A stretch of 64,000 nucleotides of DNA from Azolla caroliniana (taxonomy: Eukaryota; Plantae; Polypodiophyta): assembly GCA_043228905.1 (NCBI GenBank), contig JBHGNT010000006.1:13392001-13456000 (forward strand), in the 5' to 3' direction. A model generated the notes under the pieces. It was not told where the DNA came from. It saw only the letters and a list, made by a program, of their open reading frames with translations, and searched no databases. Positions 1 through 12,094 of the stretch are shown here, one piece after another (the stretch's first letter is position 1; each line of letters opens with the position of its first letter). The position numbers and the translations under genes were made by a program.

Positions 1-1430
1 TGTAGTGCCTCGATATGGTCGAAGTCGGAAACCATTGGCCCAACTTTTGACAGTGTCGCCGGCGAGTGTGCCGAGCTGGAACGTCCCGTTGAACTCGTCG
101 ATAATCCAGAATGGACCAGTCCACCGAAATCTTAATTTTCCCGGCATAGACCCGAGTCGTGTTTGAAAAAGAAGAACCAGTTTGCCGATGGTGAGCTCCT
201 TTTCCAACCCGTGTCGATGTCGATCCACGAAAGCCTTGCGTTGCCGTTGGTGTTGTTCGAGCTGGGCCATACTCTCTATCCTATCTTCGCCGAGTTCGAG
301 GAGTTGTTCCAGCCGGTATTGCTCAGATTGGGCCTCGGGGAGCCGTGCTTTGATTTGAACTCAAGAGCCTCGGGACTTGGAACTCGACGGGCATTATGGT
401 TTCTAACCCGAACGCCATTCGAAAGGGGGTTGATTGGATGCTTGTTTTGAAAGTCGTACGATATGCCCACAACGTGCTCTGGAGTTTGTCATCCCAATCG
501 GTCTTGTTTTCATTGACGATCTTCTTCAGTATGGTTTGGAGGATTTTATTGGTCGATTCCACCAAGCCGTTCGCCTGTGGGTAGTATGGTGTGCTTTTCT
601 TGTGCACCACCGCGTAGTGGTGTGTAAGCTCACGTATTATATGATTGATGAAGTGCCCACCTTGATCACTAACGAGCTCGATTGGGCATCCGTAACAGCA
701 CCAGAGGTGCTCGTACACGAATTTAGCCGTGGATGCCGCCGTGTTATCTCGGAGTGCCTTAGCCTCGACCCATTTGGTGCAGTAATCCGTGGCAACGATA
801 ATATACCTATTCCCTGTACGGGCCGCGGGTGGTTTGAAAGGGCCTACAAAATCCAAACCCCATTTTTGAAATGGGTCCAACGGAAGAATTGGCTGGTGTG
901 GCATCCGTGACTGTTCCATTGGTTGCCCCAGTCGTTGGCACAAATCGCACTGCCGGCAAAACTCGTGAGCGTCTTTCTTCGTTGTCGGCCACCACAATCC
1001 ACTTTGCCAAAATTTCCTTGCTGTGGAATCCCCGGCGTAGTGCCCCTCAGCTACTCCCTGGTGGGCTTCCTGAAGAACGACGTTCTTCTCGAATTGCCGA
1101 ATCGCTCGGCGCCTTATGCCGTCCGAGCCTTTGTGGTAGAGAATGTCCGAGACGAGGCAAAAATTCCGGCTACGCATTGTTAGGCATTTTCTCGTGTCAA
1201 GGGGCATGTGCTCGGGAGGTACACCGGTAGTGAGAAAATGGGTCATCTCCGTGATCCATTCATCTCCGTTATCGTCTGGTATCGTGGTCAGGTTAAATAG
1301 GCTGGTGTCTGGTAGCTCGTCATACGTTGTTTTCGCCGGTTCCCCTGACTCAAGACGGCTCAAGTAGTCGGCGATGGCATGTTGTACCCAGGGTCGATGC
1401 TGAATCTGGAAATCAAACTCCTCCAAGCAG
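1..1430 (-). pseudogene. Ty3/gypsy non-chromovirus (Phygy-like) pol fragment: RNase H C-terminus and integrase, from a divergent subfamily
   Basis: ORF 323..1501 contains EEFDFQIQHRP..ADYLSRLES, an HHCC zinc finger, WGLDFVGP, SDQGGHF and YPQANGLVESTNK; it is collinear with ORF 37922..40300. Confidence 0.92.
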
Positions 1431-1443
1431 GGTTGTTTTTTGC

Positions 1444-1700
1444 TGTCGATTTCATTCATATTTGTCCAGCTTGATAGAAGTATTGATGTCGTGGGCATCA
1501 AATTCCTCCATTAGCTGAGTTATTCCTTCCTGATGGCTAGCTGCCAGGTCATACAAGTCCCAAGCTAGGTCTTCATGTACTGTAGAGATGTCCTCCTCCG
1601 TCATCTTGAAGAACCCTTCAATGGCCTTGCGCTTTCCTATTCTCCTTGTCAGCCTGCAACAGTTGCAATTCGGCTGCCTGCACCGACCAAGTCTTCCTCC
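1444..1700 (-). pseudogene. Fragment of the C-terminal domain of the Phygy-like extra ORF, divergent copy
   Basis: Translates (one frameshift) to W..QAAELQLLQAD..RK and MTEEDISTVHEDLAWDL..QLMEEFDAHDINTSIKLDKYE; aligns by eye with VAELQLLRVD..LTFEDFTAIWDELADD..QLVAQLDDDRLDAQIQFESYE at 42827..43150. Confidence 0.7.
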
Positions 1701-3545
1701 GTACCTCCTCCACAATCGACCGACTCTTCCTCTTGGCCACACCATTCTATTCTGGTGTGTATAAATAGCTGAAATCCCGTTGAATTCCTTTGTGCTATAG
1801 ATAACTATTGAGTTGGGTGGAAAAATACTCTTTTCCGCCATCTGATTGCAGGCACTTGATCTTTCTCTCTGTTTCCCATTCGACAAGGCTTTGTAGACTT
1901 CGCTTTTCTTCTTGATGAGATAGATCCACGTGTGTTGGCTGGCTGTAGTCGTCAATGAAGGAGACGAAATATCGGCTCCCACCAAGACTAACATTTTATG
2001 CCGGTCCCCATACATCCGAATGTATTAAGTCTACCGGTTACAATCTGATCGTGGCCGATCTGCTTATGCCAGAGGTAGATATCTTACTCGACCTTTTGAC
2101 CTTTTGTGAACACAGTGGTGCTGACATCATTGGTGTCGAGGATAAACATCCTCCCATCCCGTTCCGGCCCTCTTCCTCGATGAAGCACCCCGGGAGGTGT
2201 GTTAACTGCACCTGCATCCCGTAGTTGACGATCTGCCCAACCGACACCAAGTTCTTTGTGATTGTCAGAACTATTCATAAGCTTCCTTTTTTGGCCGACA
2301 TGACTGAAGGGGAGGACTTCTCCGACATGCATGATCGGGTGGGGAGTGTCGTCTCCAATTTCGACAATTCCCGGTTACTCTGGCTTTTCCAGATATGAGA
2401 ACCACTCTTTGTGGCTCGTCATGTGGTTCGACACTCTGGAGTCAATGTACCACACTTCCTCCGATGTGGAAGTGGTCTTCTTCATTGACTTCGCCTTGTG
2501 CTTCATCACAAAGGTTGGCCCTTTTCCAGTCTTACCGGTTCCAGATCCTTCCGATCCTTCTGCATAGTGCGAGGTCTATCAATTCCCTTGTCCGGCCTTA
2601 CTAGATCTGGATTTATCCAAATCGGTGCATTTCTTCCAGCACTCACGTTCCCCATGGACCTTCTTGCCACAATACCAACATTCCGTGTCGGCCTTTCCTT
2701 GCCGGTTTTTGACGTCGCTTTGACTCCCCCAGCTTATGGAGGGTTCGGAACTGCTATCGGCACTATCTCCATGGCTCCGATTCTGCTCTTGCCGGTCGCC
2801 GCTATTGTGTGCCAACCCACATCGTCCTCCACGCTGATGGGATCAATTCACCTCTATGTACGACATCCGACTGTCTAGTTGAGTGGTCCTCGACCCACTT
2901 GCGTGGTTTTCTTCAACCATCAACATCGATTGTAGGTCGATGAAGGATGATGGTTTCTCTCGGGTGCAAATCGTTATCTGGATTGGCCCGTACCGATGGG
3001 CTAAACCATTGAGGCAGATTTGGAGCATCTCATCTTTGTCCACCGTCACGTTGATGGAACCCAGTGTGTCATAGATCTCCTTTATTTTCCTGGTGTAGTC
3101 GGTAACTAACATGTCCCACTATCGGATATTGTCGGAGCTGCAACTTCCGGGCCATTGTGCTTGCCACAAAAATCTTCTTTAAATTCTCCCAAGCTTCTTT
3201 CAAAGTTTTTGCATCCTTGATTTAGCCGAGCATTTGGTCGTGCACACAAGTTCTGAGACAGTAAAGTACTTTGCTTGCTCCTTGTTCCCATGCCGGGAAT
3301 TCCTTGTGTGTCGGATCCGATGCTACTTCATTCGCTTGCTTGACATAGCTCCAATATCCGTGTCTAAGCAGATACTGGTGCATCTTGTAAGAACAAGATG
3401 CGTAGTTATTCTTGTCAAGTTTCTCAATCGGGAGTGAGCTTGCCATCCCTCTGTCCGTTTCTTTTCTTTTCAGTCTCTGCTTTTCCGGAAGTTAGGGTTT
3501 GTTTATGGAAATCGCTTGTTGGCAGTAGAGGTTCTCAACCCTCTT

Positions 3546-3557
3546 GCTCTGATACCA
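3546..3557 (-). promoter_or_regulatory. Primer binding site, tRNA-iMet
   Basis: TGGTATCAGAGC on the minus strand. Confidence 0.9.
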
Positions 3558-4010
3558 TGCAAAAGGTGGCATGTGAAAGCTTGTAGATGAAACTGGCTTC
3601 ACTAGATAGCAAGAGAGAATATGCATAGGTTTAATGGAAAGCTTAGTTACACAGAGAGTACGCGGGAGAGACAGAGACAAAAAGAGTAGAACAATGAACT
3701 CAATTCAAAATAATAACGCTCTGTACATACAATGTGCTTAGAGAGCACTTTTATACAAGTCCTTAAAAGGATTGACAGAAGTACTAACATGTACTTCAAT
3801 GCTCATATGAGCAACTGAGACTGACTCCAAGAAATATGCCTACTTACTAGACTAGGACCATAGGCCTCTAACCACCTACCGGTTACAATATGATCTGGCT
3901 CTCCGATCTGGATACTTATCTGAACACCTATCCGGTTCTCCGTTTCGGACTCCAATTCGACTCTGGCTTATTCAACCAATCCGGATCTAGTTGAGCTTGT
4001 CTGCTCAATA
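3558..4010 (-). repeat. Copia 5' LTR (start mutated TG to TA)
   Basis: Abuts the PBS; similar to LTRs 10730..11166 and 12128..12547. Confidence 0.8.
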
Positions 4011-5357
4011 GGGCCAACTTAGCACACTTACTCGTAGACAATGTCTTAGAATTGTGAGGTACACGTAAAAATACCTTTTGTCCACGGTTGAATACATGAG
4101 GTTGCCTATTATGATCGGCATAAAAACTTGCTCTATCTTGAACAGTTTTTATATTATCTTATGCAATATGCAACATATTTTGCATATCCCGAAGAAAGTT
4201 GTGTACGTCGCAACTCATCATGATGTGTATTAACGTCAATCGGGGCTCATAGTCGAAAACCATACATCAACATAAAAGGAATATATCCCGTTGATGTATG
4301 CTTGGAGCTGTTATAAGCAAACTCCAAAATTGGAGATAACGTTCCCATTTTGTTGGCTTTGCACCAACATTTGCCCGAAGCGTGTCCTCAATAATTTGAT
4401 TTACTCGTTCTGTCTGTCCATCAGATTGAGGATCATCCTTGGAGCTCAACCCGAGATGCTATTGATATTATAAACGTGAATGTTCGGATCAAGTACACAA
4501 TAAAATAAAGACGAACTAGACAACCCAGATATTGATGGAGAGGAAACAATCGAAAGAGATTGTTTTTTTACACATTGAATAAAATGAGTGCAATCGTTTA
4601 GTACAAAGGTAATCGAATGGTGAACCCAATCAATAGCTAAAGAAGAGTTTTTATTATAAAACCAGGGATAACCCATTATTACATTAGTGGTACAAAGATT
4701 CATTATATGGAAGTATACTTCCTCTATATAAGTATAAATAGAAATTCCTAATGAATGAATCGCCCTGTTGATGTATTGTACTCTTCCATCAGCTAAGTGC
4801 ACCTTATAGGTGTGATCACTTACGGTGGGTTCGATTCCCCATATCTGAGCCAAGAGATCATTCACAAAGTTGTGTGAGCTTCCCGAATCAAATAAGAATC
4901 ATACAGGAGATCCATTGATATACCCGTTTGCACGTAGTAAATCATTGGGTCCCAATACATAGTGAGGGAAAGAACATTTACAATTACTTAAATGATGTGT
5001 ATAGACCTCAAGGACATCAGGAATCTTACCTTTATGTTCTACAACTTTGGTTTTGTTGTGCTCTTTTCGTTGGAGCTTCCGACATTGCTCTTTTTTATTA
5101 CCTTTCTTTTTGTAGAATATGCAACTTCTAGACCCGATTTTTGGATTTGGGTTCTAGCATGGTGAACATAGTCTTCTAGCGAGGAAAATTTCAGGCTAGA
5201 GAGGTTCATTAAAGCTTGTGCTGCCTCGGTTCGAGATGGAGGAATGGACCCTTGAAAACGGTGACAAAGTCTGTCCATGTATCGGGCAATTTCCCTGTAG
5301 TGCGGAGCCCAAGCTACTAGGCAGCGGCCTTACACCCTAGTTTTCGACCAACATATG
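4011..5357 (-). pseudogene. Degenerate Ty3/gypsy internal fragment (gag remnant, aspartic protease, integrase C-terminal part; RT deleted)
   Basis: LFDSGSSHNFV near 4866..4900, VIMGYPW, DGQTERVNQIIEDTLR, GQKVFLRV; the host sequence resumes after the TSD at 11167. Confidence 0.7.
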
Positions 5358-5770
5358 TGTAAAAGATTATGTGCGGTAGCAATAGAAAACCAAACACACA
5401 GAAAATATGCAAGTTTAATGTAGAGCTTGAGTATGCAAAGTATGCGGGAGAGACAGAGAGAGAACACGCAAGAAATTCAATTCAAAAAATACTAACTCTA
5501 TACTTACATCATGCTCAATGAGCACCTTTTATACAAGCCCTGACAATGGGCTGACACAAGTATTGATAGTACCTGACTGCTCATAAATGAGCCTCGACAC
5601 TTACTCCCAAAACTATTCCTTACGAGGAATATCTCTCTAACGGCCTTTCAGTTTACGCACCGATACGGCCTCTCGCTACGCACCGGTTTGCATATCCGTT
5701 TTACGCACCAGTCCGGCCTAATCGATCGGTCCCAACCGATCCGGTTCTCGGTTTGCACAACCGATCCGGT
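5358..5770 (-). repeat. Copia 3' LTR, missing its first ~25 bp and the PPT
   Basis: Direct repeat of 10730..11140; it runs into pol tail sequence at a repeated CCGATCCGGTTCTCGG. Confidence 0.85.
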
Positions 5771-7332
5771 TCTCGGCTTCTTCAACTGATCCGAAATCAA
5801 ATTTGTCACCCGACTTGGCGTCGCGGCCTTCTCTCCCCCTTCCGTGGTCATTCAGGACATCTCTCCCCCTCAAGTTCGGCACGTCAAGGTGACACAACCC
5901 AAGCGCACCCAAGAATTGCCGCAACTTGTTCAGACCAAGAGGCTTGGTGAAGATGTCGGCGGTCTGTCGATCCGTCGGAACATACTGAAGTTCGACTTCA
6001 CCGGAGAGAACATGCTCACGGACGAAATGGTAGTGCACCTCAATGTGCTTAGTTCGGGCATGGAAAACGGGGTTCTTGGCAAGCTGGATGCTGCTGAGGT
6101 TGTCGCAGTAGATAATCGTTGGATCGGACACCTCCACTTGCAAATCCATAAGTAGTTGCTTCAACAATATGGCTTCGCATGTCGCGACAACCGCTCCTCT
6201 ATACTTGGCCTCGGTGCTCGACAACACAACTGTTGTCTGCTTCTTGCTACTCCATGCGATCGCGGCACTCCTGAGAGAGAACGCGAAACCGGACGTGGAC
6301 CGGCGATCGGCGACGTTTCCGGCCCAGTCAGCATCGGTGTAACCGACCAACTGCGAGGCGGTATCGACCCGATATAGTAGCCCCCAGTCCTTAGTCCCGC
6401 TTAAAGGAATTGACTAATTACCCCGACCGGGTAGCTGAGATCTGGTCGAGTGATGGTCAAGTATATAAGGCTTCCGATGATCTGTCGGAACCTTGTCGGG
6501 TCGCATACCTTTCCGGAGTCTGGGCAAAGCTTGATTGTTCTATCCAGAGGAGTTGAGACGGACTTACAATTTGTCGTCCCGAATTTGAAGAGCATACTCA
6601 ATATGTAATGCCATTGGATGATCAGTATGCCTTCGGGGGTGCGAATCACTTCGATCTCGAGGAAGTAATGAAGGTCCCCCAAATCCTTCATGTCGAATAA
6701 TGCCCCGAGCTGGAGCTTCACGCGGTCAATCTCACCTAGTGATGACCAAGTCATCAACATAAAGTAAAATGCTAACCGGCCCGAGCCGACCTTTCTGGAT
6801 GAACAGTGAGGAGTCCGATTTTGACGTCGCAAAGCCCATCCGACGCAGTCGATGCGTGGTCTTTGCGTTCTAGGCACGCGGGGCTTGCTTTAGTCCATAA
6901 AGGGACTTCTTCAATTGGCACACCGCCGAAGTGGTCGTTCTAGAGTGAAATCCGGGGGGTTGTACCATGTACACTTGTTCCTCAAGCTCACCTTGCAGGA
7001 ACGCATTCTTTACATCCATCTGATGTAAGTGCTACCCCTTTGCCGCATCTTCCGCGAGCAAAACATGGACGATCGTCATCTTCGCGACCAGCGCAAACGT
7101 CGCATCGTAGTCGATGTCGTGTTTTTGCGTGTAGCCTTTCGCTACTAACCGGGCCTTGTATCGGTTGACCGAGCCGTCGGTGTTGTACTTGACCTTGTAC
7201 ACCCAGCTACATCCGATCAGCTTTACAACTTTCGGTGCATCAACTAGGTCCCAGGTTTCATTTTCCGCCAATGCGTGCATCTCTTCCTCCATCGCGGCAC
7301 GCCAGTTCGTGTCTTTCGCTGATTCTACGTAG

Positions 7333-7918
7333 CCCGAACTACTCGGATCGGACAAGTTGCAGCACTTCACCAAAATGCTTGGTGTTCAGCATCTCGACGT
7401 GCCACACTTGAGGGGGAGAACAGGAAAAAACACCAGAACGGGAAAAGGCAAAGAGACTGCCAAATGCGCCGGTGAGGGAAGAACCGATAAAGGGAGAGAC
7501 AAGAAGAAGAAAGGAGCCGAGTCGACAAAGGAAGTCGACACATCCGAACAAGTCGGAACAAGCGGCAACGGCAGCAGAGTCAAGAAGGACAGAGCCGACC
7601 GAAGGAAGAAGGCCAAGACCCTGACATGGTCCGATGTGGTGAAGGGCCTCGAATTGGCAAACGAATCGGGAGTGACCGATTTGGACAAGAGCTGGAACGA
7701 ATCGGAGACAGTCGATTCAGTTCAACAGACAGATTCGGAAGGACTGGATCAATTCAAGACCGCGTCGGCCAAGAAAGCCTCAACATTGGCTAATGAGCAA
7801 TTACGCCGATCAACCCGCCAGAAGAACCCTGTTGTGCGGTTCGGTTATAATGCGTACATGGCGCACCATTACGCGTACATGATGCGAGTGGCGGAAGTGC
7901 GTGAACTAGAGAGCTAGC
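7333..7918 (+). pseudogene. Inverted copia fragment (RNase H end, C-terminal tail, fused to INT-RT linker)
   Basis: ORF 7357..7917 has QHLDVPHLRGR (compare CHLDVPNLRGR in 5718..6350) and RRSTRQKNPVVRFGY. Confidence 0.8.
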
Positions 7919-8033
7919 ACGCGTAATGGTGCACCATGTACTCATTATAACCGAACCGCACAACAGGGTTCTTCTGGCGAGTTGATCGGCATAATTGCTC
8001 ATTAGCCGATGTTGAGGCTTTCTTGGCTGACGC
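7762..8033. repeat. Inverted repeat, ~115-bp arms with ~42-bp spacer
   Basis: 7762..7876 is the near reverse complement of 7919..8033. Confidence 0.85.
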
Positions 8034-10729
8034 AGACTTCGGTCTCGAAGACCCGTCATCACTTCCCTCGGAGTTGGACTCGCATCAATCCGACTCGTTC
8101 CTATCCGTGCCGTAATCCGACACCTTCTTCTTCCCTTTTTCTTTGCGCGTAAACCGTCTCCTCGGGTTCCTGCACGAGGAATGCACAACCAAGTCTCCAC
8201 TACTCGCCGGCTCTTCATCAGACTGGTCGAACTGACTCAGTCGTCCATTCGGTCCACTTAAGAGAACCGAAGTCGGACTCTCTTCGCGGGTCTCGATTTC
8301 AGGCTCATCCGGAGGCACCTCGACCTCACTAACCTCATCATCTGAACTCGGATTGGAGGTGAGGTCCGGAGTCGGAGGCAAGTACCAGGACACAGACTCG
8401 TCAAACAGAACGTCGCGGCTCACGCGGGCTTGTTTGGTGCGTGGGTTATAACACTTATAACCCTTCTGCTCATCCGAATAGCCGACCAAGATACACTTAT
8501 CGGCTTTCGCATCCAACTTCCTCCTTTTCTCCTTCGATATATGCACATACGCAATGCTACCGAAAACTCTCAAGTGTCGTAGATTCGGCTTCCTTCGGAA
8601 ATACTGCTCATGCGCCGACACTTTTTCTCAGATCCAATTCTGGATGTATACCACGGTTCGTATCGCCTCGGCCTAATAGAACTTGGGCAAGATCTTTTCT
8701 TCTTGCATTGCCCGCGCCGCTTCCACAATCGACCGATTCTTCCTCTCAGCCACGCCGTTTTGCTTCGGCGTGTATCTACAACTGAATTCGCGCCGAATTC
8801 CCATCTGTTGCAAATAGCCGTTGAATTGACCAGAAAAGTACTCTTTTCTGCCATCCGACTGTAGGCACTTGATCTTTCGTCCTGTTTCCGTTTTCACGAA
8901 CCCTTTAAGGTCCCGGAAACAGTCGAAGACTTCACTCTTGTTCTCAATAAGGTAGATCCACGTGTGCCGCGTATAGTCGTCGATGAAGGAGACGAAATAT
9001 CGACTCCCGCCAAGACTAACGTTCTGTGCCGGCCCCCATACATCGGAATGTATCAAGCCAAGCTTGTTCCGGCTCCGGTTATGCTCGTTAGGGAAGGGAA
9101 GTCGGTGTTGCTTCCCGAGTTGGCAGGCTTCACAAATTTGTGCCTTTCGGCCACTAAATCTGGGTAATCCAAACACCACCTGTTTCGATTGCAGGTCTTG
9201 AAGCCGTTGATTGTTGACGTGGCCTATCCGCTTGTGCCATAAGTCGATGTCCGACTCAATTTTTTGTCCTTTCGCGAACATTGCGGTGGCACCGTCACTA
9301 GAGTCGAGGATAAACATCCTCCCGTCTCTGCGCCCTTGCACAATAACTCGACCTTCTTCCTCGATGAAGCACTCGAGATGTGTGAACCGAACTTGCATCC
9401 CCTGGTCAACGATATGCCCAACCGACATCAGATTCTTCGTGATTGTTGGGACATGTAGCACGCTCATAAGTTTCCCTTTTTACCTGACATGGCTCAAGGG
9501 ACCTTCACCGACATTCGCGATTGGATGCGGAGTGTTGTCTCCGGTTGCGACTACTCCCGGTTCCATCGGTTTTTCCAAGTACGAGAGCCACTCCTTGTGG
9601 CACGTCATGTGGTTTGACGCGCCGGAGTTGACGTACCACACCTCCTCCGACTTTGGGGTGATCTTCTTCATCGAGTTTGCTTCGTGTCTCATCACAAAGA
9701 CTGACCCTTTTTCGGCTTCTCCGGATCTTACGACGTAGTGCGATCGTTGCTGATTTCCTTTGTTGGTCGAACCTGATCCGGACCCAGTTCTCTCCAAATT
9801 CGCGCGCTTTTTCGCAGCATTCGCTCTCCCTGTGGCCTTTCTTGCCATAGTACCAGCATTCCACGGCGGATTTCCCTTGCCGGTTCTCGTCGCCTCGATT
9901 CCCCCTGTTTCCGGAGGGTCCGGAATTGCTGTCAGCATCACTTCAGTGCCTTCTTCCTTGATCCCGTCGGCCACATCCATTGCGCACCGACTTGCCTCGT
10001 CTGCCACAACTATGGGGCCTATCTCCCTTGTGTACAACATCTTGTTGTTGGCATGCGTGTTTGTCGACGCACCCGCGTGGTTCTCCTCTATAAGGAGCAT
10101 TGATTGTAAGTCGAAAAATGACGACGTATTCTCCTGTGTACACACAGTAGTTCGGAGCGCTCCGAACTTTGTCGCCAATCCCCCAAGACAGATTTCCACC
10201 ATCTCGCCTTCCTCGACATTCACATCGATGGAGGCTAAGGAGTCGCATATATATTTGATCTTCAAGGTGTAATTGGCCACCAACAAATCGCGTTGTCGTA
10301 GGTTGCTCAGCTCCTGCCGGAGTTGAAGCTTCCTGGTTGTAGTGCTTGCGGCGAAAATCTTCCTCAGATTTCCCCAAGCATCCTTCGGCGTTTTCGCATC
10401 CCGAATGTAGCTTAAGAGCTGTTCGCCCACACAAGACGCGAAGCGGTACAATACTTTGCTTGCCGACTGCTCCCAAGTCGGGAAGTCTTTGTGTGTCGAC
10501 TCGGGTGCTGTGTCATTTGCTCCGTCGACATAGCTCCAGTAACCGTGTTCGAGCAGGTACTGGTGCATCTTGTAAGACCAAGATGCGTAGTTGTTTCTGT
10601 CGAGCTTCTCTGTTGGAAGCGAGCTAGCCATGCCTCTATCCATCGTTTTTGCCTATTCTTCTTGGTTGGTTTTTTTTCTTTCAAGTTATGTCGGCTACAG
10701 AGGTTCTCAACCCTCGTGCTCTGATACCA

Positions 10730-11166
10730 TGTAAAAGATTATGTGCGGAAGCAATAGAAAACCAAACACATAGAAAATACGCAGGTTTAACGGAGAGCTT
10801 GAGTATTCATAGTACGTGGGAGAGACAGAGAGAGAACACGCAAGAAATTCAATTCAAAAAATACTAACTCTATACTTACATCGTGCTCAGTGAGCACCTT
10901 TTATACAAGCCCTAACAATGGGCTGACACAAGTACTGACAGTACTTGACTGCTCATAAATGAGCCTCGACACTTACTCCCAAAACTATACCTTACGAGGA
11001 ATATCTCTCTAACGGCCTTTCGGTTTACGCACCGATACGGCCTCTCGTTACGCACAGGTTTGCGTATCCATTTTACGCACTGGTCTGGCCTAACCGATCG
11101 GTCCCAACCGATCCGGTTCTCGGTTTGCACAGTCGATCCGGCCAATGTTGAGCTTGTATCTCAACA
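10730..11166 (-). repeat. Copia 5' LTR (437 bp) followed by tRNA-iMet PBS (10718..10729)
   Basis: TGTTGAG...TTTTACA then TGGTATCAGAGC on the minus strand. Confidence 0.92.
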
Positions 11167-11646
11167 ATATGCAATCTTTATACTATCTGGCTTGGGATAG
11201 AGCTCAAAATGAGACTCCCATCGGCCCAACCACGTGCAGATTGCTTCTTCAGTTCTTTCCTTTTTTCTCCTGTAAATGTCTTTACAACAAATGATGGTTC
11301 ACCTTGACGCTCATCGAGTCTATTAGTATCACGTTAAGGAAGAGCCGATATACTAATCACACGTGCCTGAAGAGCACTATGAGATTACCGAAGTTAAGGA
11401 AATTTCATGCAAGGTAGAATTAAGGAAATTTTGTATTTGTAAAAAATATGACTCAATGGGGATTGAACCAAGAGGATTTCCTTGAATTCCTTCCGCTTGG
11501 TGGATGTCATCGGGTCATTAGTTTGAGCCATTGAATGATAATTTCTGGCACAGTAATAGGATAAGGTCAAACAAATAGTCATAACATCATGTCGTCATGT
11601 AAACATATCATGGGAAACATTAATTGATATCATGATCTCACGTTAA

Positions 11647-12094
11647 TACCCGTCTAGACGTATGAGATGAGGCTAAAGATCAGGTTACTATGGTAACATA
11701 AAGCTGTTTTAAAAACCATGGGGGTGACAAATGAATGTCTTTCCTTGATCTCTATATCGATTTTCTCATAGCGGTTCCCTGAGGCTCAACCATGTATGTT
11801 CGCATCATGAATAGTTTATACACGAAAAAATGTTAAACTATGTCTCTCTGCCCACCCATGTGGTTTCGACTACCCGTCTAGACGTATGAGATGAGGCTAA
11901 AGATCAGGTTACTATGGTAACATAAAGCTGTTTTAAAAACCATGGGGGTGACAAATGAATGTCTTTCCTTGATCTCTATATCGATTTTCTCATAGCGGTT
12001 CCCTGAGGCTCAACCATGTATGTTCGCATCATGAATAGTTTATACACGAAAAAATGTTAAACTATGTCTCTCTGCCCACCCATGTGGTTTCGAC
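11647..12094. repeat. Tandem duplication, 2 x 224 bp
   Basis: TACCCGTCTAGACG...GTGGTTTCGAC at 11647..11870 and 11871..12094; no differences seen. Confidence 0.95.

Larger units (their letters stand above)
1700..4010 (-). mobile_element. Truncated Ty1/copia element: 5' LTR, PBS, degraded gag-protease-partial integrase
   Basis: MASSLPIEKLDKNNY gag start, CWYCGKKVH zinc knuckle, WYIDS protease; PBS TGGTATCAGAGC next to the LTR; homologous to 5358..11166. Confidence 0.9.
5358..11166 (-). mobile_element. Ty1/copia element, near full length, degraded, with an internal inverted segment; 5-bp TSD ATATG
   Basis: TG..CA ends; ATATG at 5353..5357 and 11167..11171; gag 9480..10643, GAG-pre/INT 8085..9467, RT 6401..7330, RNase H 5718..6350 (YTDADWAG, CDNLSSI, RTKHIEVHYHFVRE). 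Confidence 0.95.
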
